Source: a plasmid
Direction: 5' to 3' (one strand)
Length of the DNA stretch: 52,774 nucleotides
Sequence record: NZ_CP088248.1
Position numbers and translations under genes: made by a program. This document shows positions 9,163 to 19,168 of the stretch, one piece after another. Every line of letters starts with the position of its first letter. The stretch's first letter is position 1. The notes beneath the pieces were generated by a model. The model saw only the letters and a program-made list of their open reading frames with translations, was not told the DNA's origin and searched no databases.

Positions 9163-10668
9163 ATGTTGATCGTGGAGACCATCGCCAAGATCCGGCGCCT
9201 GTTTCGCGAGCACCGGAGCATCCGGGAGATCTCGCGCGAGCTGCGCCTGTCCCGCAAGGTCGTGCGCAAGGCGCTGCGCTCAGACAAGACCGCTTTCGCC
9301 TACAAGCGTCAGCACCAGCCCCGGCCGCAACTGGACGGGCACATCGCGCGCCTCGACGCCTTGCTGGCCGAGGAGCTAGCCAAGCCCAAGCGCGAGCGTC
9401 TCAGTCTCACGCGCCTGTTCGAGGGGCTGCGGGTGGAGGGCTATGCCGGCGGCTACGACGCGGTGCGCCGCTACGCGCAACGCTGGTTCGCGGAGCATAC
9501 CGCCACCGCTGCGGGCGTATTCGTGCCACTCGCCTTCGCCCCGGGTGAGGCCTACCAGTTCGACTGGAGCCACGAGACCGTTCGGCTCGCCGGTGTCACC
9601 ACGCAGGTCAAGGTCGCTCATATCAGGCTCTGCCACAGCCGGCTCTTCCTGCTGCGAGCCTATCCGCGCGAGACGCAGGAGATGGTCTTCGACGCTCACG
9701 AGCACGCCTTCCGGTTCTTCGGCGGCTCCTGCCGACGCGGCATCTACGACAACATGCGCACGGCCGTCTCGGCGATCTTCGTAGGACGCCAGCGCACCTT
9801 CAACCGCCGCTTCCTGCAGCTCTGCTCGCATCACCTCGTCGAGCCCACCGCCTGCAATCCCAGCGCGGGCTGGGAGAAGGGGCAGGTCGAGAACCAGGTG
9901 CGCACAGCGCGCAACCGCTTCTTCAAGCCGGTCCTGCGCTTCGAGACGCTGGCCGACCTCAATCACTGGCTGGAGGAGCAGTGCCGGCTTTGGGCAGGCA
10001 CCGCGGCGCATCCGGTGCAGCGCGACCGCACCGTCCAAGCCGTCTTCGAGGCCGAGGACCGGTCGGCTCTGATCCCCTACCGTGGCGCGTTCGACGGCTT
10101 CCACGAGGTCGAGGTGGTCGCCTCCAAGACCTGCCTCGTGCGCTACGACTACAACCGCTACTCGGTGGCCGCCCGCGCCGCCGGGCGACACGTGCAGCTG
10201 CGTGCCTATGCCGACCGGATTGCCGTCTTCCTCAACGGCCAGATCGTGGCCGAGCATGCGCGCTGCTTCGGCCGCTACCAGACCGTCTACGATCCCTGGC
10301 ACTACCTGCCCGTGCTGGCCCGCAAACCCGGAGCCTTGCGCAATGGCGAGCCCTTCCGTGACTGGGATCTGCCCGACGGCTTGGCTCAGATCCGTGAGCG
10401 GCTGTGCGCTCATGCCGACGGCGATCGGCAGTTCGTCGCGATCCTCTCGGCCGTGCCCGAGGCAGGCCTGGAGGCGGTCGAGGCCGCATGCACCGCTGCC
10501 TTGGCCACACGCCTGTTTAGCGCCGATGCGGTGCTCAACCTACTCGCGCGCAGCCGCGAGAGCCTCCCGCCTGCACCGGTGCCGACGCCGGCAGGTCTGA
10601 CGCTCGGGATCGAGCCTGCAGCCGATTGCGCACGCTACGACTGTCTGCGACCTCTGGAGGCGATCTGA
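9163..10668 (+). CDS. istA: IS21 family transposase IstA
   Basis: HTH N-terminus ([32 protein letters not shown]), DDE core (QFDWSH..., YDNMRTAV). Confidence 0.9.
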   Translation: MLIVETIAKIRRLFREHRSIREISRELRLSRKVVRKALRSDKTAFAYKRQHQPRPQLDGHIARLDALLAEELAKPKRERLSLTRLFEGLRVEGYAGGYDAVRRYAQRWFAEHTATAAGVFVPLAFAPGEAYQFDWSHETVRLAGVTTQVKVAHIRLCHSRLFLLRAYPRETQEMVFDAHEHAFRFFGGSCRRGIYDNMRTAVSAIFVGRQRTFNRRFLQLCSHHLVEPTACNPSAGWEKGQVENQVRTARNRFFKPVLRFETLADLNHWLEEQCRLWAGTAAHPVQRDRTVQAVFEAEDRSALIPYRGAFDGFHEVEVVASKTCLVRYDYNRYSVAARAAGRHVQLRAYADRIAVFLNGQIVAEHARCFGRYQTVYDPWHYLPVLARKPGALRNGEPFRDWDLPDGLAQIRERLCAHADGDRQFVAILSAVPEAGLEAVEAACTAALATRLFSADAVLNLLARSRESLPPAPVPTPAGLTLGIEPAADCARYDCLRPLEAI

Positions 10669-11399
10669 TGGAGCGACACACCGTCGTCGACCTGATGGTC
10701 AAGCTCAAGCTGCGCGGCATGCGCGCCGCCTACGACGAGATCATCACGCAGGCCGGCAAGCGTGGGCACGCTCCAGAGCGGGTGGTGGGGGATCTGCTGG
10801 CCGCGCAACTGGCCGACGTGGAGAGCCGGGCTACGGCCTACCGCATGGGCAACGCCAAGTTCCCAGTCCTGAAGACGCTGACCGAGTTCGACCTAATCGC
10901 CTCGCCCGTGAACGCGGCGATGGTGCGCGATCTGCACCAGGGCAACTTCCTCACCGACAGCCGGAACGCGGTGCTGATCGGCGGCACGGGCTCGGGCAAG
11001 ACGCATCTGGCCATCGCGATCGGGGCGAACTGCGTGCGGGAGCGCGAGGCACGGGTGCGCTTCTTCAACACGGTCGATCTGGTCAACCAGCTGGAATCGG
11101 AAGCGCGGGCAGGCAAGGCAGGTCGGCTGGCTTCGCAACTCGCACGGATGGACCTCGTGATCCTGGACGAGCTTGGCTACCTGCCGTTCCCGCGCGCCGG
11201 TGGACAGATGCTGTTCCATTTGGTCAGCCGGCTCTACGAGCGGACCTCGGTGATCGTGACGACGAACCTGCCGTTTGGCGAGTGGCCGAGTGTGTTCGGG
11301 GACGCGAAGATGACGACGGCGTTGCTCGACCGGCTGACGCACCACTGCGACATCCTGGAGACCGGCAACGCTAGCTGGCGGCTGAAGACGCGCAGCTGA
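10668..11399 (+). CDS. istB: IS21 family helper ATPase IstB
   Basis: Walker [24 protein letters not shown] Walker B. The start overlaps the istA stop (ATGA). Confidence 0.9.
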   Translation: MERHTVVDLMVKLKLRGMRAAYDEIITQAGKRGHAPERVVGDLLAAQLADVESRATAYRMGNAKFPVLKTLTEFDLIASPVNAAMVRDLHQGNFLTDSRNAVLIGGTGSGKTHLAIAIGANCVREREARVRFFNTVDLVNQLESEARAGKAGRLASQLARMDLVILDELGYLPFPRAGGQMLFHLVSRLYERTSVIVTTNLPFGEWPSVFGDAKMTTALLDRLTHHCDILETGNASWRLKTRS

Positions 11400-11931
11400 G
11401 CGTCGAAAAGCCGAGAGCCGGTCCGGCGTCAGGCTGGAGACGAGGCCGATGCCGCTCCGCTGACCCGACCGGCTGCGCGGCATTGGCCTCTGCGTCGGCA
11501 CTCTGCGCGGCGGCTGGTGGGTCCTTTTTGGACGCCGATCCTGGGTCCCTTTTGGACGCCGATTGACAGTCACGTCCTTAGCCATTCGACTCTCCCGGCT
11601 TACGACGCCTATGACAGGCCGGATGAGAAGTGTGCTCAGGCGAAGTCGTTCCCCGGCCCAACCGCGCCCGCTGCATCGCGCTCTGCTGGCTCACTAAGGC
11701 AGGAAGCCATCCCAAACCGGTCGCTCCTGAACGTAACGGAGAGCTGCTGGCCGCTAGTAGGCGGCTAAGCGAATTGGGACGTGATGAACCAGAACACGGC
11801 CGCCACAAGCGCGCCGATACCAGCAAGCACCAAGGCTGCGTGTCGGTCGAAACGTCTTCGTCGCCCACCCGGCATCGGCATGCTTCCCGCGTGATGCGAT
11901 GATGCTCAAGCGTACACGGCCTGGCAACTCC

Positions 11932-12093
11932 TCATGCCGCCTCCCTGTAGGTGACAACAGCAATCCCAGTAAGAGGTTTCAAGCACACTTCGCAGCACAC
12001 CCGCTGCGCCACCACAACCACATCATCATCCAACGTGGCGCCTAACTCCTCCCAACTGCTGCGCGTCTCCTGCCCGCATTCGGGGCAGCACAT
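11932..12093 (-). CDS. Possible small zinc-ribbon protein (53 aa)
   Basis: MCCPECGQE...CCEVCLKP gives two CxxC pairs. Start chosen at the internal ATG. No homolog recognised. Confidence 0.25.
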   Translation of the reverse strand: MCCPECGQETRSSWEELGATLDDDVVVVAQRVCCEVCLKPLTGIAVVTYREAA

Positions 12094-13033
12094 GACACGC
12101 AGACCGCGATAACCTTGCGCGCACCACTCCGCCACTGTCTGCACTGGGCTCACCCAACATCCTGTTGTCGATAGTTGCAGCTCATAGGCGTGGCTTGTGA
12201 CGGATCGACGGTGTCCGCACTGCCGAATGCGTGGCTGCACGCCCATCCTACTTAGCGCATTACGGGCTCAACGCGGATCATCTGCGGTCAGACTGGATGC
12301 GTGCGGACATCAGCATCGTAAGACCCGAGCTAGAGAGAAGAATGAGCGCGGCGAGCAAAGCCAGCTCAGGGTTCAGAGCTGATGGTAGCTGGCGTCCTGT
12401 AACTAACGGCCATGCGTACATCCAAGCAGCCCCGACGGGTGCTGAGAAAGCCGCAACGCAGAGCATTTCGAAAAGCCAGCGAGGCATCGCTTAAATTCCA
12501 GCGTTGATTATCTAGGCCGGTTCAAGTGGCAGTCTCGTCAGTACGGTTGCTAGCTGTCCCATGACATCTCGCATCAGGGCAGCTTTTATCCGGCACGCAA
12601 CCACCTTGGCGCGGAGCGCGGCGACGCCCTCGTTGTTCTCAGTGATCTCGGTCATTTCTGCGCACCACATCGCATCCTCGACAAACTCCTCACGTGCCAC
12701 GATTTGGCGCGTAGCCTTCAGCATCATCCCAACAACGCGGGACCGATCAGACATACGTAACTCGCTGCGTATGGTGCCTTCCGAGTGGATCGGCTCTGCC
12801 GGAGGCGCAGTAACATTGATCAAGCGAAGGTAACTTCCGTTTTAGAGACAGACATTGGCTCAGCGATCGCGCGGGTCCAGTCCTAATTTGAGGATCGGCA
12901 GTGAATGGGCAGAGTCGACGAAGCTTGAGATGCGCACGCGCTACACGACACAGGCCAGCGAACGGCTCGTCGCATTCGCATGAAAAGTTGGCTTGCGATC
13001 ACGAGCGTCCTCTAGTTGTGCGATCACATGTGT

Positions 13034-13057
13034 GCAGAAAACGTTCGTTTTTCTAAC
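13034..13057. other. Candidate crossover site (hix/gix-like imperfect palindrome) about 110 bp upstream of the serine recombinase gene
   Basis: GCAGAAAACG-TT-CGTTTTTCTAAC. The AAAAC(G)-TT-(C)GTTTT architecture resembles hixL half-sites AAAAACC-TT-GGTTTTC. Confidence 0.4.
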
Positions 13058-13164
13058 ACTCAGTCGGAGCGGCTGGCCAAAACCCTGAAACAGCCCCGTT
13101 TGTGTAACGAAAATATGGTAGCAAATCTATTGCCAGAAAAACCCTCTTGTGGGACTATCGTGAC

Positions 13165-13749
13165 ATGCTTGTTGGCTATGCGCGTGTCTCGACCCAGGAC
13201 CAAAACCTCAACCTTCAGCGCGATGCGCTTCTGAAGGCAGGTTGCGAAAAAATTTTTGAAGAGAAGAAGAGCGGTAAGGCTGGGACCAAGCGCCCGGAGT
13301 TCGAAGCCGCCCTCGCCTACCTGCGCCCGACCGACGTCCTGGTGGTGTGGAAGCTGGATCGCCTAGGCCGTTCCCTCGTCGAGATGATGCGCACCATTGA
13401 TGGCCTGCGGCTCAAGGAGATCCACTTCCGCTCCCTGACCGAGCAGTTCGACAGCGCTACCGCCCACGGACGCTTTGCCCTGCAGATGCATGGCGCCATG
13501 GCCGAGTACTTCCTCGACCTCAACCGCGAGCGCACCATGGAGGGCTTGAAGGCCGCTCTGGCCCGTGGGCGAAAAGGGGGGCGACCCAAAATGCTGAGCG
13601 AGGCTGATCTAGAAGTAGCCCGGGCTCTGCTCGCTGCTGGCAACATCTCGGTGGCTGCGATCGCCAAGCGCCTGGGGGTGAGCCGCTTCACCTTCTACCG
13701 GTACTTCCCGCAGGCGCGCACGCGCAGCCAAGCGCGTGCAGGGGGCTAA
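13165..13749 (+). CDS. Serine recombinase, Hin/Gin DNA-invertase-like (resolvase/invertase family)
   Basis: VGYARVSTQDQNLNLQRDAL with catalytic Ser, VLVVWKLDRLGRS (Hin motif), C-terminal HTH (ISVAAIAKRLGVSRFTFYRY). Confidence 0.9.
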   Translation: MLVGYARVSTQDQNLNLQRDALLKAGCEKIFEEKKSGKAGTKRPEFEAALAYLRPTDVLVVWKLDRLGRSLVEMMRTIDGLRLKEIHFRSLTEQFDSATAHGRFALQMHGAMAEYFLDLNRERTMEGLKAALARGRKGGRPKMLSEADLEVARALLAAGNISVAAIAKRLGVSRFTFYRYFPQARTRSQARAGG

Positions 13750-13754
13750 CCGCC

Positions 13755-14195
13755 GTGCCCATTCGCCCGGAAAATCGCTTCTTCTATCCTATCGATTGGT
13801 CACAGCTATCTGAGGTGATCCGCTTCGGGCGCGCCAAAGGCTGCTGTGAGGAGTGTGGTCGACCGCATGGGCAATTGGTTTTCCACCTTGGCGACGGACG
13901 CTGGTGGGATGCTGCGACGCAGACTTGGCGCAGCGGAAAGGGGCGCCCGCTTAAGCTGACACCCGTGGAGTCCATGCCGGCAGGTACAGCGCTACGGACC
14001 ACCCGCGTCTATCTGGCCTGCGCTCACCTGGACCATGATCCAGGCAACAACGATCCCAAGAACCTACGGGCGCTCTGCCAGCGCTGCCACATCCTACACG
14101 ATCGGGCGGAACACCTGCGTCAGCGCTGGTTCACCTACAGATACCGGAAGGCCCTCGGTGACCTGTTCCTCGGCCCTTACCCGTTCCGGTACTGA
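13755..14195 (+). CDS. HNH endonuclease domain protein
   Basis: CCEECGRP...CAHLDHDPGNNDPKNLRALCQRCH (HNH motif with zinc-ligand Cys pairs). Lies 5 nt downstream of the recombinase. Confidence 0.7.
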   Translation: MPIRPENRFFYPIDWSQLSEVIRFGRAKGCCEECGRPHGQLVFHLGDGRWWDAATQTWRSGKGRPLKLTPVESMPAGTALRTTRVYLACAHLDHDPGNNDPKNLRALCQRCHILHDRAEHLRQRWFTYRYRKALGDLFLGPYPFRY

Positions 14196-14342
14196 CCTTG
14201 GGGCGCACACCGGAAGCTGCCCTGCTGGCTGTAAGGAGGGCTGCAGTTCGTGAGATGACTCTCGTCGAGCTTCTAGGAAAGTGGCACCGTTGGGATCGGG
14301 GGCAGCTTTTGTGGTCAGCAGCCCCCACGCAGAGCGCAGCTC

Positions 14343-15140
14343 TTAACGCGAGCGGCATTTGCCCGTGCGCGTGCGCTCACGGTCACCGTCATCGTAGTCA
14401 ATGTTCAGCATATCACCGTTCAATGATGTGATGCGACCTGAATGCCAAGTTCCACTGCCCTTCCAGTTGCACTCGATCCGCGTACCAACAGACCACGTGT
14501 AAGAGCGGACGCGGCTGACGTGCGCGGTTTCTCGATCGCCGTCATCATAACGGATGGTCACTGTAGCGCGTGCGGCACTCTCGACGATGCCAGGGTACCA
14601 ATGCTCGCCGTTCCGCCATCTGCCGAGAACCCAGTCGCCAGGCCGGTATGGCTCGCTTACAGGTTCAAATTCAGCCTGCCGATTTGGCACACGCGGTACA
14701 TATTGAGGCGCACCCGTGTCACTTTCAAGCCTAAGTCTATCGTTCAGGACGTTGATTACTGCAAGTCCGCAGAAGTTGACCGGTTCTTCGATAACCCTCT
14801 CGTTTGACATGCCGCGGGAGCCAAAATCAATGATGACACGGGCTGTCATCATGCAATTCGAGGGGCGGTCGGCATTGAATGCGAGGTTCCGGCCCCCTCG
14901 CCCTGGGATCGGTATCTTTAGCCAGTTCTCACTCCAGCGCCTGCCAGGTGCCAGAACACGGAAGTCGATGATTGCACCAGGCGTGTGGTTAGTGACCACA
15001 AAGCGCTTATCGGCGACAGTCTGTGCTTGAACGGGCTGAACCAGTGCAGATGTAATTCCACATCCTGCGAAGACCGCTGCCCCTGACAATCTGATTAATG
15101 GCGCCACTATGCCCCGCCGACAAGTGCCGAGACTGCCCAT
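14343..15140 (-). CDS. Secreted protein with two tandem Tudor/SH3-like barrel repeats
   Basis: Signal-peptide-like N-terminus. Two C-terminal repeats (PGDWVLGRWRNGEHWYPGIVESA...VTIRYDDGDRETAHVSRV and TRIECNWKGSGTWHSGRITSL...LNIDYDDGDRERTRT) follow the Tudor/agenet pattern W..G..W..DG.WY.G.I....v.Y.DG..E.v. Confidence 0.6.
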   Translation of the reverse strand: MGSLGTCRRGIVAPLIRLSGAAVFAGCGITSALVQPVQAQTVADKRFVVTNHTPGAIIDFRVLAPGRRWSENWLKIPIPGRGGRNLAFNADRPSNCMMTARVIIDFGSRGMSNERVIEEPVNFCGLAVINVLNDRLRLESDTGAPQYVPRVPNRQAEFEPVSEPYRPGDWVLGRWRNGEHWYPGIVESAARATVTIRYDDGDRETAHVSRVRSYTWSVGTRIECNWKGSGTWHSGRITSLNGDMLNIDYDDGDRERTRTGKCRSR

Positions 15141-15483
15141 ACCACGCTCCCTCGATCCACGAGGAGACGTCTGATGCTTCATCGGGCCAGCGTCTCACTC
15201 GAGCAGCTCTTCGTTCTGCCGATCGCCGCGGTAGCACGCATCTCTCAGACCGGTCTTGAACGCATGTACCACCGGCTTGAACATGTGTATCAAGCCCGGA
15301 ACAAAGTGGAACGCACGTGCAGAAGCGCATCAAGAGCTGGAGAGCGCGTTAGACCTGCAGTGCAACTAGACGTCATTGTAAACAACGTTTCCATGGATTT
15401 AGCCTGCCGAGCCTGTCGCGACTACAAAGCCTATCTGGAACGCCTGTTTTTACAATTTATGTCGTTGCCTATGGGGAAAGGCG

Positions 15484-16482
15484 ATGCTGAAAGATAAACC
15501 AGAAACGGGGGTGCTCAAACTGGAATTGCAGCGATTTTCTACCACTGCCCTACCGGTTCGGGACCGGCATGAGGCATGGCTGCATCAGGATTGGCCAAGC
15601 TTCGCGCCGTTCTACCGTTGTGTTCCGCTAGAGCCATTCGACGTCACTGCGGATCGCCTCTATCTCGATAATATATTAATCATATACTCCAAGATCACGT
15701 CGCAGGAGTGGGCGCGCGACGTCGGCTTGATAAAGTCCTGGAGCTCGGACTCTCTTGTTGTTGCTTTGACAATCCAGGGAGAGGCAAAGGGAACATGGGG
15801 CGACATCCACGTTAAAACCCGCCCGGGAAGTCTTCACCTGGCTGATCTTGCAAAAGCCTCGTCCCACGTTTCAAGCGCAAGTCAGACAATTATCCTGATC
15901 GTGCCTCGCGCCCTTGCTGCTAGTCGTGGTCTTGACGTTGCCGCACTCCATGGAGTTGCCATTGCCTCGCATACAGCATCGTTCCTGACCACGCATCTGC
16001 TCAGCCTTCGGAGTGCCGTGCCGGAGCTCCCGAGGAGTAGTGGGATGATGCTGGCACGTGGAGTCATCGATCTCCTTGTTCTGGCACTTGCAGGAACAGG
16101 AAGGGCATCCCAAGCCGTCGTTGGCCGACGCGGCCTCGCACTGCTGGCACGGGGTGCAATCGATGAAGGACTCGGCTCTCCCTCTCTCAATACGGCAAGG
16201 CTCTGCCGTACTCTGGCAGTTTCGCGCGCTACACTCTATCGCCTGTTTGAGGAAGAAGGCGGCGTTCAATACTATATCCGTCGCCGCCGTCTTGAAGTCG
16301 CACGAGCAACTCTTGAGGATGCGACTTCCGCAGAGCCAATCTGTGCGATTGCGGAGCGGTTCGGCTTCAGCGATGCTGCCCACCTCAGTCGGCTGTTCCG
16401 TAGACAATATGGCATGACGCCAAGCGATTGCCGTGCGGAAGCTCAACGAATTGCCAAGCAGAAGGACGCGCAGCTGCGATGA
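15484..16482 (+). CDS. AraC/XylS family transcriptional regulator
   Basis: C-terminal double HTH (LCRTLAVSRATLYRLFEEEGG...IAERFGFSDAAHLSRLFRRQYGMTPSDCR). Confidence 0.85.
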   Translation: MLKDKPETGVLKLELQRFSTTALPVRDRHEAWLHQDWPSFAPFYRCVPLEPFDVTADRLYLDNILIIYSKITSQEWARDVGLIKSWSSDSLVVALTIQGEAKGTWGDIHVKTRPGSLHLADLAKASSHVSSASQTIILIVPRALAASRGLDVAALHGVAIASHTASFLTTHLLSLRSAVPELPRSSGMMLARGVIDLLVLALAGTGRASQAVVGRRGLALLARGAIDEGLGSPSLNTARLCRTLAVSRATLYRLFEEEGGVQYYIRRRRLEVARATLEDATSAEPICAIAERFGFSDAAHLSRLFRRQYGMTPSDCRAEAQRIAKQKDAQLR

Positions 16483-16739
16483 TCATATCGGCAGTGGTAC
16501 TGGCCAGCTTCGTCTGCGCTTTTCTCCTGACGATGCTGATGCGTCTTCCTGCTCTCGGCGTCGCTTGCGGGGTTCCGCTAGCGGGAGCGGCATGCGCTTT
16601 TCTCGCGATCACGCTTTTCCCGTCAGGAGGATCAACTGAGCCTGTTGTCGTCCCGCTGCTTTTGATCATTGTCGCGCTCGGGGCTGTTCCCGGCGCAGTG
16701 TTAGCTGCCCTACGCCGGCGGGGTCATACCGAGGTCTAA
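16479..16739 (+). CDS. Small integral membrane protein (3 predicted TM helices)
   Basis: MIISAVVLASFVCAFLLTMLM... hydrophobic throughout. The ATG overlaps the araC-family stop (ATGA). Confidence 0.45.
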   Translation: MIISAVVLASFVCAFLLTMLMRLPALGVACGVPLAGAACAFLAITLFPSGGSTEPVVVPLLLIIVALGAVPGAVLAALRRRGHTEV

Positions 16740-16746
16740 TGGGCCA

Positions 16747-17067
16747 CTACCTGCAACGCGTTAGGTCGAAGGGTCCATCCGCCGTGTTGAGCCTCATCCG
16801 GTTCCGTCCCAGCCGTTCGACGACGCTCTCCGTCCGCGTGCCCTCTGCGACGACCACAAGCTGACCGCCTTTAAGGCTCCATCGAGCAGAGCCTTCATCC
16901 GTTGTCCCGTCCTGCGAATAAACAACAGCGGGAGGCTTGCAGCCGTCCGTACCCCAGCTGCCTACAAGATATTCACGAGTGACCGGCGAGGATCTATCTT
17001 TGGCGTTGACTGGCGTGTGGTAAGCTGTTGACAGCAACAGCATGACCAAGGCTGCGATTGAATTCAT
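16747..17067 (-). CDS. Secreted hypothetical protein
   Basis: Signal peptide MNSIAALVMLLLSTAYHTPVNA, then a Cys-containing soluble domain. Internal ATG start chosen. Confidence 0.45.
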   Translation of the reverse strand: MNSIAALVMLLLSTAYHTPVNAKDRSSPVTREYLVGSWGTDGCKPPAVVYSQDGTTDEGSARWSLKGGQLVVVAEGTRTESVVERLGRNRMRLNTADGPFDLTRCR

Positions 17068-17535
17068 TATCAATGGATTGGATTTTTTCTGCTGTAGGCT
17101 GAGCGGCACTTGATCACCAACGTTTTGTGCCACCAGGTTGCGCTTGTGCGGATGATATCGCGCCATAAGGTGGGCTTAGCCTGACTTCGTGGATGACCTA
17201 ACCATCAGGATGTCCACTGTCGGCTGAACGGGTAGCACGTTGCGGAGCCGCCGTGCTTGTACACATGTCTCAGCAGCTTGTCTGGGCGCCTCATACTGCG
17301 CCTTTCGCTCGTCGAGCCCACGTGGCCACGATAGCGGATGCGCCCTGATTTTGGTTGTCAATGGCGGCTTCCGTTCAGCGGCTCAAGGCCCGGGTTGTGC
17401 CCAGATGACCACCACTGCAGCTAGGCCGGGATCTTCACGGAGTCCGGCTCAAGTTCGCACCTCCCTCTTCTCGCTTCGGATGAAAGGCGCCGTCTCAGCA
17501 AAGCTTAGCCAATGTGATCGGCTTTAACATTCTGC

Positions 17536-17561
17536 GGAACTGCCTCAGGGCATGGACCGTT
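17536..17561 (+). promoter_or_regulatory. sigma-EcfG (general stress response) type promoter GGAAC-N17-CGTT, 29 nt upstream of the DUF2382 gene
   Basis: GGAAC (17536..17540), 17-nt spacer, CGTT (17558..17561). This matches the alphaproteobacterial EcfG consensus GGAAC-N16/17-CGTT. Confidence 0.6.
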
Positions 17562-17589
17562 CTCGTGCTGCAGAACAGGTCAGGCCACA

Positions 17590-18138
17590 ATGATCAAAAC
17601 ACCTCCTGTGGCAAGTGACGACGGTGCTTCCACGCAAGTGCCGTCGCAAAACGGCGGTACAGACGAAGATCTAACCCCGCTCGAGCTGCGAGCAGAGGAG
17701 GAGCTTGTTCTTCCTGTCGTCGAGGAAACTGCTCACATCGAGAAGCGGCTACGCGAAAAAGGTCGCGTCCGCGTCAGCACACAAACAGAAACCATCGAAA
17801 AGGTGCTCCGCGAGTCGCTGCACGGCAACACCGTGGGCGTCAGTCGGCTGCCCATCGACCGCGTCATCAAGGAAGGCGAGCCTGTTCCTCAGACGCGCAC
17901 GGAAGGCAGCGTCACCATCATCCCAATCCTCGAAGAGGTCCTCGTCGTCGAGAAGCGCCTGATCCTCAAGGAGGAGGTGCACATCCGCGAGACGAGCACG
18001 AACGAGGACGTCGAGGTTCCGGTCACCCTGCGCAAGCAGCGCGCGGTGATCGAACGCATAGGTCCGGAGGGGGCTGAACCCACCACACCTACGGAGGAAA
18101 CAGACCATGACCCAGACGATCACAGCCCTGTACGATAA
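17590..18138 (+). CDS. DUF2382 (YsnF/AvaK C-terminal repeat, PRC-barrel-like) stress protein
   Basis: Repeats of the type EETAHIEKRLREKGRVRVSTQTETIEK... and EEVLVVEKRLILKEEVHIRETSTNEDVEVPVTLRKQRAVIER, characteristic of DUF2382. Confidence 0.7.
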   Translation: MIKTPPVASDDGASTQVPSQNGGTDEDLTPLELRAEEELVLPVVEETAHIEKRLREKGRVRVSTQTETIEKVLRESLHGNTVGVSRLPIDRVIKEGEPVPQTRTEGSVTIIPILEEVLVVEKRLILKEEVHIRETSTNEDVEVPVTLRKQRAVIERIGPEGAEPTTPTEETDHDPDDHSPVR

Positions 18139-19051
18139 CCGGCAGGACGCTCAGAACGCGCTCAGCAAACTCGTCGCCGCCGGCATTCCCGAGTCCTCGG
18201 TCCGCCTCGTTCAGGGCCGCGAGGGCAGCACTGCTCAGAGCACCGGAGCTTACGACCACACCCGGGACGAAGGCGGCTTCTGGGGTTCGCTTAAAGACCT
18301 CTTCCTGCCGGAGGAGGACCGCTACTCCTACAGCGAGGGGCTGAACCGCGGCGGCACGATGCTGACGGTCTCTGCCGACGACAGCAAGATCCGTGCAGTC
18401 GCCGATATCCTTGAGCAGACCAACGCGGTCGACCTGGACGAGCGCGAGTCGTCCTGGCGGCAGGAGGGCTGGAGCGGCTACACCGCAGGTGCAACGGGTG
18501 CCGAGGCTGCGGGCGGTATTCCGGCAACCGGAGCGTCGGCCGGCACCACCGGTCTGCATGCCGCGGGTGGGGCCAGTTCCGCAGGTTCCTATGCTAGTGG
18601 GGTATCTGGTGTCACTGGCGCGGCACATGATGCGCAAGTCGGCAGCCGGGAGACTATCCCCGTCGTTGAGGAGCGTCTGAACGTCGGCAAGCGGGTCACC
18701 GAGCAGGGCCGGGTGCGGCTGCGCTCTTACGCCGTCGAGACGCCGGTAAACGAGCAGGTGAGCCTCCGTGAGGAGACGGTCCACGTCGACCGGCAAAGGG
18801 TTGATCGTCCGGTAACGGCCGCCGACGAGGCACTGTTTGCCGAGAAGACCATCGAAGCGACTGAGCGTGTCGAGGAGGCGGTGGTCTCCAAGGACGCCCG
18901 CGTCGTCGAGGAGGTGGGCCTGCGCAAGGATGCGACCCAGCACACCGAAACCATCACCGACAAGGTGCGGCGCACCGAGGTCGAGGTGGAAGACGAGCGT
19001 GGGAACGTCACACGTACCGGCACCGGCGGGACGACAACCGACAAGCGCTAA
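18107..19051 (+). CDS. YsnF/AvaK domain general stress protein (N-terminal GSP-17M-like domain plus DUF2382 repeats)
   Basis: N-terminus ITALYDNRQDAQNALSKLVAAGIP. C-terminus IPVVEERLNVGKRVTEQGRVRLRSYAVETPVNEQVSLREETVHVDRQRVDR. Overlaps the upstream gene by 32 nt (operon). Confidence 0.75.
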   Translation: MTQTITALYDNRQDAQNALSKLVAAGIPESSVRLVQGREGSTAQSTGAYDHTRDEGGFWGSLKDLFLPEEDRYSYSEGLNRGGTMLTVSADDSKIRAVADILEQTNAVDLDERESSWRQEGWSGYTAGATGAEAAGGIPATGASAGTTGLHAAGGASSAGSYASGVSGVTGAAHDAQVGSRETIPVVEERLNVGKRVTEQGRVRLRSYAVETPVNEQVSLREETVHVDRQRVDRPVTAADEALFAEKTIEATERVEEAVVSKDARVVEEVGLRKDATQHTETITDKVRRTEVEVEDERGNVTRTGTGGTTTDKR

Positions 19052-19168
19052 GCGCTTGTCGCGGCTGATATACCACAGCTCTTAAGCATCCTGCAGCTCG
19101 CTTGTGGGATGCTAGGAAATCCTTAACCATGAGCGCGTTGCGATGCAGCCTTTCGAGGTTGTGTCGCA

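Larger units (their letters stand above)
9047..11568. mobile_element. IS21-family insertion sequence, copy 1 (istAB). The left end is uncertain because it abuts ISL3.
   Basis: istA and istB overlap by ATGA. The right end has tandem terminal repeats GGGTCC(T/C)TTTTGGACGCCGAT x2 (11519..11563) and ends ...TTGACA at 11568. Reverse-complement copies ATCGGCGTCCAATAGGGACCC and AAAAAGGACCC sit at 9056..9104. Confidence 0.7.
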
